A stretch of 63,092 nucleotides of DNA, counting the filler, from Perkinsus chesapeaki ATCC PRA-425 (lineage: Eukaryota; Protista; Perkinsozoa): the NCBI GenBank assembly GCA_013115145.1. It is 8 parts of 8 records of this genome, joined end to end, with 100 filler letters (N's around TTAATTAATTAA, not from the genome) between each part and the next. Parts side by side here need not be neighbours in the genome. Positions count along the whole stretch, not along the records: positions 15,185 to 43,620 come from JAAPAO010000473.1; 7 more parts are not named here. One strand, given 5' to 3'. The notes beneath the pieces were generated by a model. It was not told where the DNA came from and ran no database searches. It saw nothing but the letters and a program-made list of their open reading frames with translations. How positions within the stretch are numbered: the stretch's first letter is position 1; every line of letters starts with the position of its first letter. Below, in pieces: positions 26,321 through 36,959 of this stretch. The position numbers and the translations under genes were made by a program.

Positions 26321-27643
26321 TTACACTGTACCGGCGATAATCTGCTGGATTAGGGAACCAATACAGAGTGGCAGTAGGCAAAGAGCAACTATGCACAGAG
26401 CCAGGGCGAGGTAGAAAGTGACCCCTTTCTTAGAACCCGTCTTCTTTATCATCATCAAGTATAGGAAGGACGGCATAATGTAGGCAATAGTGTTTGAGCC
26501 AACAATACCAACGAAGGAAAATGTAACGCCGAGAGAGTGAACCGCAATAGCCACGGCCATGGGCACTAGTTGGCAGAGAGCGGCTACGGTGTAGAATACA
26601 ATGTTGGCCTTCCTGCGACCTCTTATAGTCTTACCGCGTGTAACCAGAACCATAGCCGACCTCACGATGGGAACTACTTGGAGAGCATAGGAACATAACA
26701 CACCTATTGATAGAGCAACATAGCCTATCTGGACTGGGATGTTGTTCTGGAAATCGATGTTCTGAAGGTAGTTCGGTTCAACGTGGAAGCCAAATGTCAG
26801 ATACGGGAAGATTACTGCGGGTAAGAATATAATAAAGCCAGTGAGCTCCGCTGACACCGCCACTATATCCAACTTTTTCTGGGTGCGATCTTTCATATCA
26901 GTGGCACAGGGGAACATGTTCTCATGGCAAGTAAAAGCGAATATGAATACGGGTAGCTTGGCGAGAACGTTGGTAAAGGAGGACTGAGCGGGGATGCCAA
27001 CAGAGTCGTCACCGGCATCAACATCGCTATAGATACATCCTAGAATGACACAGTACGTAATAGTAACCAGCGCAAGTACGTTAGCGAACGTCGTAGACTT
27101 CAAGTTCTTGGCCATGCAAGTGGGGGCCATCGCCAACGCAGCTGCTACGATGACGAGAGCTCGTACAGTAGACTGACTGAAGTCGGTACCACTCCAAAAG
27201 ACTAGAAGCATCGACATCATATCACCGGCAACTTGCAGGTAGGATACAGCCACACCAGCACACTTAACAATTACAACAATGTCCACCACGAGCTTGACCC
27301 ATGGACAGTAGGCCTCGGAAACTGTGTACCAGCTCACTTGTCGGTCCTTGGACTTCATAGACAGACAGTTCATCAGATGCAAGGCAAAAACAGCCATCAC
27401 CGCGGAGAATGTCATCAAGACGAAGCCCAGGATCCAACCAGTGGCAGCGAAGGCCGAGGCGAGACCAAGGACGCCGGTACCGATCATAGTGTTGGCGATG
27501 ACTGACCACTCGGACAGCACGGTACCGGTAGGCTCATCGATGACATCTTCGCTGAGGCGCGGTTTGATACTATCAGGGGTGCTGAGCTGCGATGTTAGCA
27601 CTGGAGGGCCTTCCTCGTGCGCGGCGACGGAAGCGCTGGTCAT
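26321..27643 (-). CDS. Amino acid/auxin permease (AAAP, Aa_trans; AVT5/6-SLC38-like), intronless, copy 1
   Basis: ATG at 27643 (MTSASVAAHEE); IANTMIGTGVLGLASAFAATGW and LPVFIFAFTCHENMF; about 11 hydrophobic segments. Confidence 0.93.
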   Translation of the reverse strand: MTSASVAAHEEGPPVLTSQLSTPDSIKPRLSEDVIDEPTGTVLSEWSVIANTMIGTGVLGLASAFAATGWILGFVLMTFSAVMAVFALHLMNCLSMKSKDRQVSWYTVSEAYCPWVKLVVDIVVIVKCAGVAVSYLQVAGDMMSMLLVFWSGTDFSQSTVRALVIVAAALAMAPTCMAKNLKSTTFANVLALVTITYCVILGCIYSDVDAGDDSVGIPAQSSFTNVLAKLPVFIFAFTCHENMFPCATDMKDRTQKKLDIVAVSAELTGFIIFLPAVIFPYLTFGFHVEPNYLQNIDFQNNIPVQIGYVALSIGVLCSYALQVVPIVRSAMVLVTRGKTIRGRRKANIVFYTVAALCQLVPMAVAIAVHSLGVTFSFVGIVGSNTIAYIMPSFLYLMMIKKTGSKKGVTFYLALALCIVALCLLPLCIGSLIQQIIAGTV

Positions 27644-27922
27644 AAGTAGTTCAAAAGAAAATGAGACTACCGAACAACAGGGGTAAGCTTTGATGATAGA
27701 CAAGTCCACAATGAGATATAGAGGAATACAAAAACTCAATAAACAGTGTAGGAATGAAACTCGGTATAAGATTCACTTGACAATAAAAGCTGCCTATGGG
27801 AGATCACCAAGACAAATACATGACTAGACAGAGCGACATGATAACTTTGCTGGACGCAGTCAGCTGCGGTGATCGCTAATGATACAACCGCGAGGCATTC
27901 AACAGAAAAGGAGCGGATCCAG

Positions 27923-29215
27923 CTATATCTTACCAACTACTATTTGCTGGATCAAGGAGCCAACGCAAAGGGGGACCAAGGCCAGAGATACGACCAAGAG
28001 CAAGGCCGAAATGACGTACACAGGCCCCTTGCGCAGCGTGGTATCTCTGCGGTACATAGTACAGAACAAGAATGAAGGCATGATGTAGGATATCGTATTC
28101 GAACCAATAATGCCAACAAACGAGAACGTAACGCCGAGAGACCTCACGCCAATAGCGGTAGCGATCGGAGCTAGCTGACATAATACAGCAATCGAGTAGA
28201 AGAGCACTCGACGCTTAGTGGGGTTTTCGACCTCCTTGTCACGGGTAACCAGAACCATAAGAGACCTGATAGTAGGGACGACTTGAAGGGTGTAAGAGCA
28301 TAGAACTCCTACAGCCAATGCTACATAACCAATTTGTACAGGGATGTGACTAAGACTGATATTAAGCAAGAAGTTGGCCTTCGCCTCGGAGCCATAGGTA
28401 AGATAAGGGAAGATCACGGCCGGGAGGTACAGCGCCCACGCTGTGCTTTCGGCAGCTACAATGATGATATCTAGATTTTTCTGGGTACGATGTTTGAGAT
28501 CATTGGCTGTTAAGAAGAGGTTCTGATGGCAGGTGAAGGCAAAAATAAATATGGGTAGCTTGGCCAGTACGGACATGATCGACGAATCGGATGGTACGCC
28601 AGCACTGTCATCGCCGGCGGTCACATCAGAGTAGACGACGCCCAAGATAACACAGAAGCCGATGGTTACAACAGCCATAACATTATTAATAAAAGTACTC
28701 TTTACGCTCTTAGCCATACACATAGGTGCCATTAGCAAGCCACAAGCGGTAATGAAGAGGGCTCGCACTGTGAAGGGGTCCATGGTGGTAGAGCTCCAGT
28801 AGATGACAACAGATGACAATACGTCACCGGCAACTTGTAGATAGGAAACTGCTACACCAAAACACTTAACAACAATCGTTATGTCTACAATCCATTTAGA
28901 CCAGGGAGCATAAGCCTCGGCGACAGTGTAGTAGCTGACATCGCGGTCAGGGAACCTCATAGATAGAACGTTGAGCAGGTGGAGACTGAACAGAGCAAGG
29001 AAGCCGGCCACAGCCATAAGGACGAAGCCCAAGGCCCAGCCACTGCTGGCGAAGGCCGAGGCCAAACCAAGAACGCCGGTGCCGATCATGCTGTTAGCCA
29101 TGACGGACCAGCCAGATAAAATTGTACCACGGCGGTCTCTTTCGATAATAACAGGAGCCTTGCCGATGGACACTTCGCTACGGATGCTACTCTCCTCTGG
29201 GATACTAGTGGACAT
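27923..29215 (-). CDS. Amino acid/auxin permease (AAAP), intronless, copy 2 (tandem paralog)
   Basis: ATG at 29215 (MSTSIPEES); MANSMIGTGVLGLASAFASSGW and LPIFIFAFTCHQNLF; colinear with copy 1. Confidence 0.93.
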   Translation of the reverse strand: MSTSIPEESSIRSEVSIGKAPVIIERDRRGTILSGWSVMANSMIGTGVLGLASAFASSGWALGFVLMAVAGFLALFSLHLLNVLSMRFPDRDVSYYTVAEAYAPWSKWIVDITIVVKCFGVAVSYLQVAGDVLSSVVIYWSSTTMDPFTVRALFITACGLLMAPMCMAKSVKSTFINNVMAVVTIGFCVILGVVYSDVTAGDDSAGVPSDSSIMSVLAKLPIFIFAFTCHQNLFLTANDLKHRTQKNLDIIIVAAESTAWALYLPAVIFPYLTYGSEAKANFLLNISLSHIPVQIGYVALAVGVLCSYTLQVVPTIRSLMVLVTRDKEVENPTKRRVLFYSIAVLCQLAPIATAIGVRSLGVTFSFVGIIGSNTISYIMPSFLFCTMYRRDTTLRKGPVYVISALLLVVSLALVPLCVGSLIQQIVVGKI

Positions 29216-29401
29216 GGGACAGAGGGTAGAACTGAGCCTGAAGGAAAAGCTCAATAGGAGGAACGATATCCTTATAAAGGCAATAACATACTTAACGATA
29301 TAGAATACAGTGACAAAAAGCAAAATATAATAGACCCGACCAAAACAGGTAGGTGAACAGATTTATGCACTCCAACGCAAATCCGACAATGGAAAAAAAG
29401 T

Positions 29402-30137
29402 TCACTTGCTCCAAGCAGCGTCCAGAGCCCGTCTTAGACTCTCCGCATTTTCCTCGGCGAAAGCACAGAAGATGACCTTGGAGGGCATAGGATGCGACTG
29501 CAGGTAGTTCAGGACCGTATCGACTGACACAATAGTAATTGGGGCCAGTAATAGCTGTGCTGTCTTCGTCATTTACCTGCTTGCTCGGATGCTAGATCTA
29601 AAGGGTAACCGTAAACACCAGTAGAGATACCGGGGAAGGCAAGGGACTCTATCTGATATGAGTATGAGTTTTCCATAGTATCCGAGGAGTCATACGTTAT
29701 TCTCCGTAGCGAGCTCCAATGACGTCTGGTAACAGCTGCGCAAGAGCGCTGGTTCCGACTTGCTTCCACCGTGCCAGACCGGTCCCACGGTGTGGATTAT
29801 ACTGCCAAATGGATCATGGCAAATGGGCGGCTCGTTGACTTACTATTGACAATTTTTCAAATTAAAGGCCGGAGTGATTCTACTATCTCCCGTCGGGCAT
29901 CTCTTCGGGCCCTGGAATTCATGCTCACAGTAGCGTTTGAGCTCTGGCCCAGCCGCTCTATGAATGGCACCATCGACGCCACCACCGCCTAGTAAGGAGG
30001 AGTTGGCTGAGAAAAGAGGAGTGTTATCTATTGTAAGATAATGTACCCTTCTTACCGGCATTAACGATGGCTTGGACACCGTCCAACTTGGTGATGTCGG
30101 CAACCACTACAGACACACGACTTTGCACGGATGGCAT
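29402..30137 (-). CDS. Macrodomain protein (MacroD/YmdB-type O-acetyl-ADP-ribose deacetylase / ADP-ribosylhydrolase), spliced
   Basis: [27 protein letters not shown]|[23 protein letters not shown]...IIHTVGPVW...[19 protein letters not shown]...AAWSK*; these are canonical macro motifs. Confidence 0.93.
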
Positions 30138-30554
30138 TGCATACAGATGAACTAATCGATCATGGAGCGTTACCCTACAGATACTTTTGGCGTCACTTTC
30201 CCTATTGGAGCACCCCTCGAAGTTGGCTAAGGCTGCCAAGCATTTTTAACCAAACCATTTCTATGATAGGATCCATTTCTAGAGCAGCTTAGAACGTTAC
30301 AGTAAATAGATACCGTAGGCCAAGTCAACACCCACTGTAATAGCTACCCGTTCACATGCCCAAAAAGCGCCGCCCATCGGCGAAGAAAAATTCTCGCTCG
30401 CCAAAAAATATGGCGCCATCGCCGCAAAATCGATCCGTTTGGGTCGCAAATGTTGTAATGGTTGCTAGTTGTACTGTAAGGCTCTCTCTGCTACTACAGG
30501 ATTACTGTGATTGACTCTCCTCATAGGCCCCTTTTATTCAAGTTATATCCTCTA

Positions 30555-31430
30555 ATGCATCTCGCTGCCATCGCATTGAGCTTCATTGCCTCGATTGCTC
30601 TCCAAGGCTGTGGCCCTAGTAAGTCTACTCCCAAGACCACCGCTGCCCCTACTGCTACTAAAGCCGCTAATTCTACGACAACTTCATCAACCACCACTAC
30701 CAGCACCACTCATACCACTACCACGTCTAGGAGGACCACTAGACCCCCTACCACCACTAGTACCACTACTACTAGGAGGACCACTAGACCACCTACCACT
30801 ACGAGTACCACTACTACTACTAGGAGGACCACTAGACCCCCTACCACTACGAGTACCACTACTACTACTAGGAGGACCACTAGACCCCCTACCACTACGA
30901 GTACTGCTGATACCACTGAAACTCCCACTACCCAAACCGTCAGCGCTCCTTCTGTGTGGCCTACTACCATACCAGACTTGACCACTATCCCTCTTCCGGA
31001 CAACGTTGATGAGCGCCTTCAGCACGACTTCGATCGCATTCCTGAGTTGGCCGACCGTCTGAAGGCTACCCTAGAAGAGGCATCTAGACTAGGCGGTGCT
31101 GGCGAAATCCCGGACGTTGTTAAAAATCAGATTGACAACGCTTTCCAGATGGCACATGAGCTAGATTTTGATGTGAATGATGCATCTGAAAGGATGGAAG
31201 GCCCAGGAAGCGGCATCTCTTTCCCGAGCTATGAGCACGTTTCGAAGGCATTCCCTCAGACTCAGTTTGATGTCGGCGTGCATCCCAGCATCAACCTTAA
31301 ACCTCTGAGTCGCTCCGATTTCCCAAGTTACCGCGAAGTCTCGGAGGAACTACATGGTGCTCGCTCCGGGTGGCCGTCGGCCGGTCTCGGTCTATATCCC
31401 CACCGCAATCTTCGAGGGAGTCGCCAGTAG
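30555..31430 (+). CDS. Secreted/surface Thr-rich mucin-like protein, intronless
   Basis: Hydrophobic N-terminus MHLAAIALSFIASIALQGCG, Thr/Pro/Arg repeats, a non-repetitive helical region, and the C-terminus PHRNLRGSRQ*. Confidence 0.8.
   Translation: MHLAAIALSFIASIALQGCGPSKSTPKTTAAPTATKAANSTTTSSTTTTSTTHTTTTSRRTTRPPTTTSTTTTRRTTRPPTTTSTTTTTRRTTRPPTTTSTTTTTRRTTRPPTTTSTADTTETPTTQTVSAPSVWPTTIPDLTTIPLPDNVDERLQHDFDRIPELADRLKATLEEASRLGGAGEIPDVVKNQIDNAFQMAHELDFDVNDASERMEGPGSGISFPSYEHVSKAFPQTQFDVGVHPSINLKPLSRSDFPSYREVSEELHGARSGWPSAGLGLYPHRNLRGSRQ
30727..30904 (+). repeat. Coding tandem repeat, 45-48 bp x ~4 (RRTTRPPTTTSTTTT[T])
   Basis: CTAGGAGGACCACTAGAC recurs at 30727, 30772, 30820 and 30868. Confidence 0.92.
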
Positions 31431-31954
31431 GAGGCGGCAGTAGCCCACAAAGGCTTTATTAATGCGTCCATTGATGCTATGACATACCATTCATGAGAGA
31501 TATGGACGATTTCGTCCAAGCTGTAGACATCATTTACCCTGTTGCGTATTATTCGATTTGCCAATCCAATCTAACGATGATATAACCCACCGTCACAATA
31601 CCTCTCATACACACGTTTGCATTGTTTTTCAAATATTCCACTTAGTGGGCAGCTGAGTCCTACTGCATGCGCACGTTGTATTGAACGAGCCGCGGTGAAA
31701 TGATAAGGCGTTTAAGAGTGAGAACATATAATGTTAGGAATTCTCAGAAAAAATGTGACTTGTCGTCCAGACATATTCGGTGAGACTCGTACCGTTTTTA
31801 AAGGACTCCTTAACAGAGAGTCAGGTTCCCCTAAGGGAGGATCTCTGCGGTTTGTAGCCCTCGAATCTCACCATTTCGTTTGTGTCTAATAGACTCTGGG
31901 ATGCGGCAGATCTTGGAAGTGCATTTTAGTTGTAGCAAAACGCATAGTTGAGGC

Positions 31955-34900
31955 ATGCCAAGATCGAATAAACCAGAGCGGCGGTCTAGTCTACCGGAGA
32001 TGGCTACGTAGCGAATTAGTGGTTGGTGTCGGTGAGGAGTGTATGTTGGTCAGGGTAGAGTTTTACAAGCGAAGGAGGAACGGCAGGTACAAGACGATAC
32101 GCTCCATAATGCACTCGAGTATCTTCGAGAGCATTATGATCACTGCGTTGTTCTTGGCACTTTTCCTGCCAGATATATGGGTAAGGCAATGATTACGTTT
32201 TACGATGTTATAAAGTAGCCGACGGCTACTATCCGTTATACATTCTTTGAGCTAAACCGTAAGGAGGCAGGCTCTGCCTCAAGAGTGCACGGCACTCTGC
32301 CGGGCAGAGTGATGCTATTCAAGGCACGCCAATTGCGTCAGCTCAGCTGACTCAGCTGCTCCCATTTGATTTGTCCTTCAGAACTAGGGGCATTTTCTCC
32401 ATTTCTACTCCTTGCTTGTGCCTGGAGAACTCCTTAGTCCCCGAGAATCGCTTTCGTATGATGCTCGATAACTCTCGGGTGTCGTACCGTTGTCAACATG
32501 GGGGTGCGTAGTCGGGCCCTTCTTTAAGGTACTCATGGACATACCCGACAGCTACCGAGCCCTCGATGCCATCCTTGTCACCGTCTTCGGTCTCTTTGTG
32601 ATCGAGATGTCTTTGATGTTTGCGGTGGCTCGTCGGTGGGGCCACTCGGTCACAGAGTTCTTCCGATGTCGGTTTCGAGCAGATACCTCTTCAGCTTCTT
32701 CTTCTGGATGGATCTATTAGGCGCCCTTTCATTGGTATTCGACATAAGTTGGGCCTTAGGGGACTCGGAAAGCTTCCTAGAAGGTGCTGTGAGTGAAATG
32801 TCCATCTCTCATCCGCTCCTACCAGTTAATTCCGGGATAGATCAGAATGTGGTTTTGCTGCGAGCGGCCCGCGCAGCCAAGCTCGGCGCGCGCGCTGGCC
32901 GAATAGCTCGGATTAGTAAGCTCCTAAGATGGATGCCGGGCATCGGTCGAGTGGAGGACAAAACCGCGGGCACTGCCGCAGTAGGCGCTCCCGACTGGAT
33001 AGGAGGCGATCTGATTGCTCTGAGGTTCTCGGCACGAGGCTGATGAACGCACTGTCGACCAGAGTGGCACTTCTAGTGCTCGGGTTGGTCGTAGTGTTGC
33101 CATTCTTCGAGATAATCAAGTGAGAATCACCGGCACCAAAACTGCAATAATTTCGGACGAGTCAGATACCCAGAGCAAGACAACTCGATGCAGGCGTGGG
33201 CTCAAACCTTCGCGACGATAACAGACGTTGAAGGCGCAAACGTTCTCGCATCACAGTAAAAGCCTTCCCTCAGCCTTAGCTGGTTCCATGAATCTGGCAG
33301 GGTATTCACGGACAGTCTATCCGAGTTCACACAGTTCTACACTAACCAAGACTACGCTCCCTTCTGGATGGAAATATCGGTCGGGGGAAGCACGATTTAT
33401 TCGGAGACGCTCGCGCCGCTGCCGAAGAGGGTCTCGAACGAACTGTGGGCTCGGAGCTCAGCCAGCAACTCAGTGGACGTCACCCTCAAATTTGACTTCA
33501 CCACCGTCAACAGAATCTCCTCCGCGATGTCCATAACACTTGTCGTAGGATAGCTTCGACAGCAGCTGAAAGCGTAGTTCAAGGTTACCGTGGTGCTGGT
33601 GATGCTGCTTGGAGCGACACTGCTCAGCAATAGCGTTTCACGGATCGTAAGGACACGTCGACGAGACTCCGGTATATGGTGGGATTAGGTGCTGACGCCG
33701 CTTGAGAGTCTGTTCTTCCAAGTGCGATCGATGTCACAAACGATCTTCAAGACGGTCCATCACATAAGCCACGCTGCGGTAATCAAGAACCAAACTGATC
33801 GTCATCGAATACAACGACCGAGAACCGTGCTGATTCAGACGCTGCACGACTCTGAGGAGATCCTAGTGGAAGACGACGACATTGATGATACCGAAGCCTT
33901 CATGTCCGAGGCCACAGTAGCTCCCATATAGTTGGTTATGGAGGAAGCCTGAGCAGGTCCTGGAGAACGTAGTTGGTCGGCTCACGGCACTCTCGGCTGT
34001 ATTCGTCTCGAAGCAGCCGGTGGACGCCGAAAGAATGAAGGAGCTCAAAAATGACGACTTGGCAGTGATCGATATGATAACCAGGAAAACTGTGGGAGTC
34101 GGCGGCAAGCTTTTCAAGTATAACATCCACGGTACAGGTTCGACATAGCGTATCGAATGAACACTATATGGAGGAGATAGAAGGTGTCCAGGCCACTTGT
34201 ATAGATGACGCCAAGCGCCTTGCCTCAGAGCCGGATGGAGAGACAGCAGAGGAAATGGGAAAAGATGGGCAGCTCGACTTGCTAGTCTTGAACAGCTGGA
34301 ACTTCAACGCATTGGCCAACACCGCCGAATACAACGTCTCAGCCTTAATGTTGGACCTCGATGACCTTAGTACATGACTACGAGCTCGTCAGGTACATTC
34401 TCCTTGGCTCACAGTTGTCACCTTACTACAAGCAATACCTTCGCAGAGGGACACTTGAGGTCTAAAGATATACCTGCATTGCCTAGAAGTAATGTGACCG
34501 TTTCAGGAATTTCTGAAGAAGGCCGAGGCCGAATACAAGGCGTGTCCGTACCACAACTGGAGGCACGCTGTCGATGTTACTCATACAGTTTTCATGTACG
34601 TATCTACGCCTCGGTGCCGCCGATGCCTCCATTACAGGTATCTATCGCTGAGCAAGAGTATGTCCTTCCTGCCTGGCATTGATATGTTGTCTGTGCTCAT
34701 TGCAGCCGTTGTTCATGACATCGGGCATCCTGGCCTGAACAACCCTTTCCTTATCGAGACTGGCCATGATCTCGCCATACGGCAAGCACGCATGTCCGTG
34801 CGTTTGAGCATGGCCGCCTGCAGATACAACGACAAGTCGCCGCTTGAGAACATGCACTGTGCCAAGTTTTTTGAGATTTGCCTGAACGAAGCCTCGAACG

Positions 34901-35824
34901 TTCTGTCGGAGCTGAGCACATCACAGTCGGGCGTTTGTTCGATTTGACGCCCGCCGGAATTCTGTTTGGCAGATACCGTGACGTGAGGCGGAATATCATC
35001 GAGTGCATTCTACACACAGACAATTCGCACCACTTCAAGATGGTGAAGGATTTGCAGGTGTTTTATCAACTCAACAAGGAGGTCTCCTCGGACCACAGTA
35101 ACACCCGTCACTGTTAACGTAGTAGGTTATCGACGAAGGCTTCCAGAAGGATGAATGGTCAAGCGACTGTATCGCGCTGTATTCCGATGACGACGTAGAG
35201 CTCCTGTACGGGCTCCTGTGGCTGTGAGGGTTGCCTTTAGACCCGGCTCACGTTGATCCAACTTTACCTTCACGCGGCTGACATCTCCAATCCTACGAAG
35301 CCATTCCCAATCTGTAAGGCGTGGGCTGATTTGATCCTTAATGAGTTCTTCTCCCAAGTAGGGACATTCAACACTCATTATTATCCTCGAACTATTGTTT
35401 CAGGGCGACCTGGAAAAGTCCCAAGGGATCCCGGTGCAGATGCTGAACGATCGAGACAAAGTCTCCAGGCCGCACTCCCAGATAGGCTTCATCGAATTCC
35501 TGGTGGCCCCGCTAGTGCAGTTCCAGGTGAGCTGAGTTTGCATTGCTCTCTGTAATTCTCGGCAGATACAACTGTTCCCTTCACTTTATGAATGCGGTCA
35601 GAACTTGGTTGACAACCTCTGTCATTGGAGCACCGAGTGGCTCGAGACAACAGATCCTCCGGTCGATGAAAGAGAGAAGGTGGAAGAGACAGACATTTTG
35701 GATAGCAGTGTGTGTGGCTCAGTTACTTGCTCGACTTCAAAAGGTGTCCAGTCTTTTCGACTTCCACAAGGAGATCAAGTTCAACCAGCCAGTATGGCCG
35801 CCACGGGATCCGACCCGTGAGTAG
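31955..35824 (+). CDS. Membrane class I cyclic-nucleotide phosphodiesterase with N-terminal voltage-sensor-like TM region, multi-exon
   Basis: PDEase_I motifs PYHNWRHAVDV, AAVVHDIGHPGLNNPF, YNDKSPLENMH, ILHTDNSHHF, HAADISNPTK, EFFSQGD and SQIGFIEF. The N-terminal region has hydrophobic helices and an Arg-periodic helix. The start at 31955 is inferred. Confidence 0.92.
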
Positions 35825-36027
35825 GCTTAGGGTTACTCCTAAATGTAGCTCTGTTCCAGTGCATGACTCCAGTCATTGCTGTCTCAATAACTGATACTAG
35901 CCTTTCGTTTACAGTTTGAACAAGTGGATTGCGACTTCACTCTTGGCAAGCCACCGAAGTAGGGTACTAGTTGTTGATGATGGTTGCATCACGCTGCGGC
36001 AACTAATAAACACAGCTACATTGTACA

Positions 36028-36833
36028 CTATGAAACTGGCAAGCTTCTCCTAGCCCCGTTCGCCAGCAGTATTTGCTTGCAAGTCGCTCGAGCGGACTCT
36101 AACTCCGTCACGTTTGACTCGGTTGGTAGAGTTGTACAAGCCAGAGGGGTCATGCCGGAAGAGTCCTTGGCGTTTATGTCGGCGCCAACTTTAATTAATT
36201 CCTACAGGGGAAAGCGGAACGAAAGGAGTTAACAAGCAGCTTGGCGCAGTGGATAGCGTGTTGGGCTCATAACCCAAAGGTCCCTTGATCGAAACAAGGA
36301 GCTGCTATTTTTCTGCAAAATAAATGCGGCACTTACCCGAACCGTTTCGGGCCTCCCATTGAGGACTGCTATATGTAAGGGAGTTATTCCAATATGCGCC
36401 AGCGGTTCCGAGGGGCTAAACCAACAAACCTCTCACCCGTCAGCCTCGGAGTAAGACTGTCTCCTACTTGCAGCCTGAGTCAGCCAACCACTCCACCATC
36501 GTAGTGCTACCATAGGCAGCGGCGATGTGCATGCACGCATGCCCTCGAGAATTGTACACTCCACGAACTCCACCCAACGAGCCCTTAACACCAGAGCTGC
36601 ATGGGACGAAGCACCCATATTCCCTCACATCCTTGCTGACTTCCTCCTCAACAGTCTCCACGTCACCGCGTGCCACAGCACTGAGAACCTGCAGAGGAAG
36701 TAATGTCATTTCAAACTGGTTGAGGCACCCTTTCGGCGGCAGCCAGAGCTGCTGTTTCTGGTTGGAATGGAGATGGTCCGGAACCCAAAGCGAAGGAAGA
36801 GCTCAAGACCGGTGTTGAGTGGGAGCTGCTCAT
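36028..36833 (-). CDS. Small ankyrin-repeat protein, spliced
   Basis: MSSSHST...AAAER|VLSAVARGDVETVEE...HACMHIAAAYGSTTMVEWL...GITPLHIAVLNGRPETVR|ELIKVGADINAKDSSGMTPL...LPVS* (TAG at 36030-36028). Confidence 0.85.
36235..36307 (+). tRNA. tRNA-iMet: Initiator tRNA-Met (CAT)
   Basis: Acceptor stem AGCAGCT/AGCTGCT with A1:U72, anticodon arm TTGGG-CTCATAA-CCCAA with three G:C pairs, T-loop GATCGAAAC typical of eukaryotic initiators, followed by an oligo-T terminator. Confidence 0.97.
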
Positions 36834-36959
36834 GTGGAGAGAATCAAACAAGGTTATTGATCATTAAATCGGTTTTGCAACGACCTATTCTTGACCATAG
36901 CCGGTCCTGGCACTATTCTGTGACAACCAAACACTCGAGTTGATATAGCGTGACATTGT

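Noticed and set aside
30521-31025. Val-rich, Gly/Ser-rich and Leu/Pro-rich ORFs overlapping the mucin gene
   Set aside because: These are shadow frames of the ACT/ACC-rich repeat; the same applies to the antisense ORFs over 41.7-43.4 kb and the permeases.
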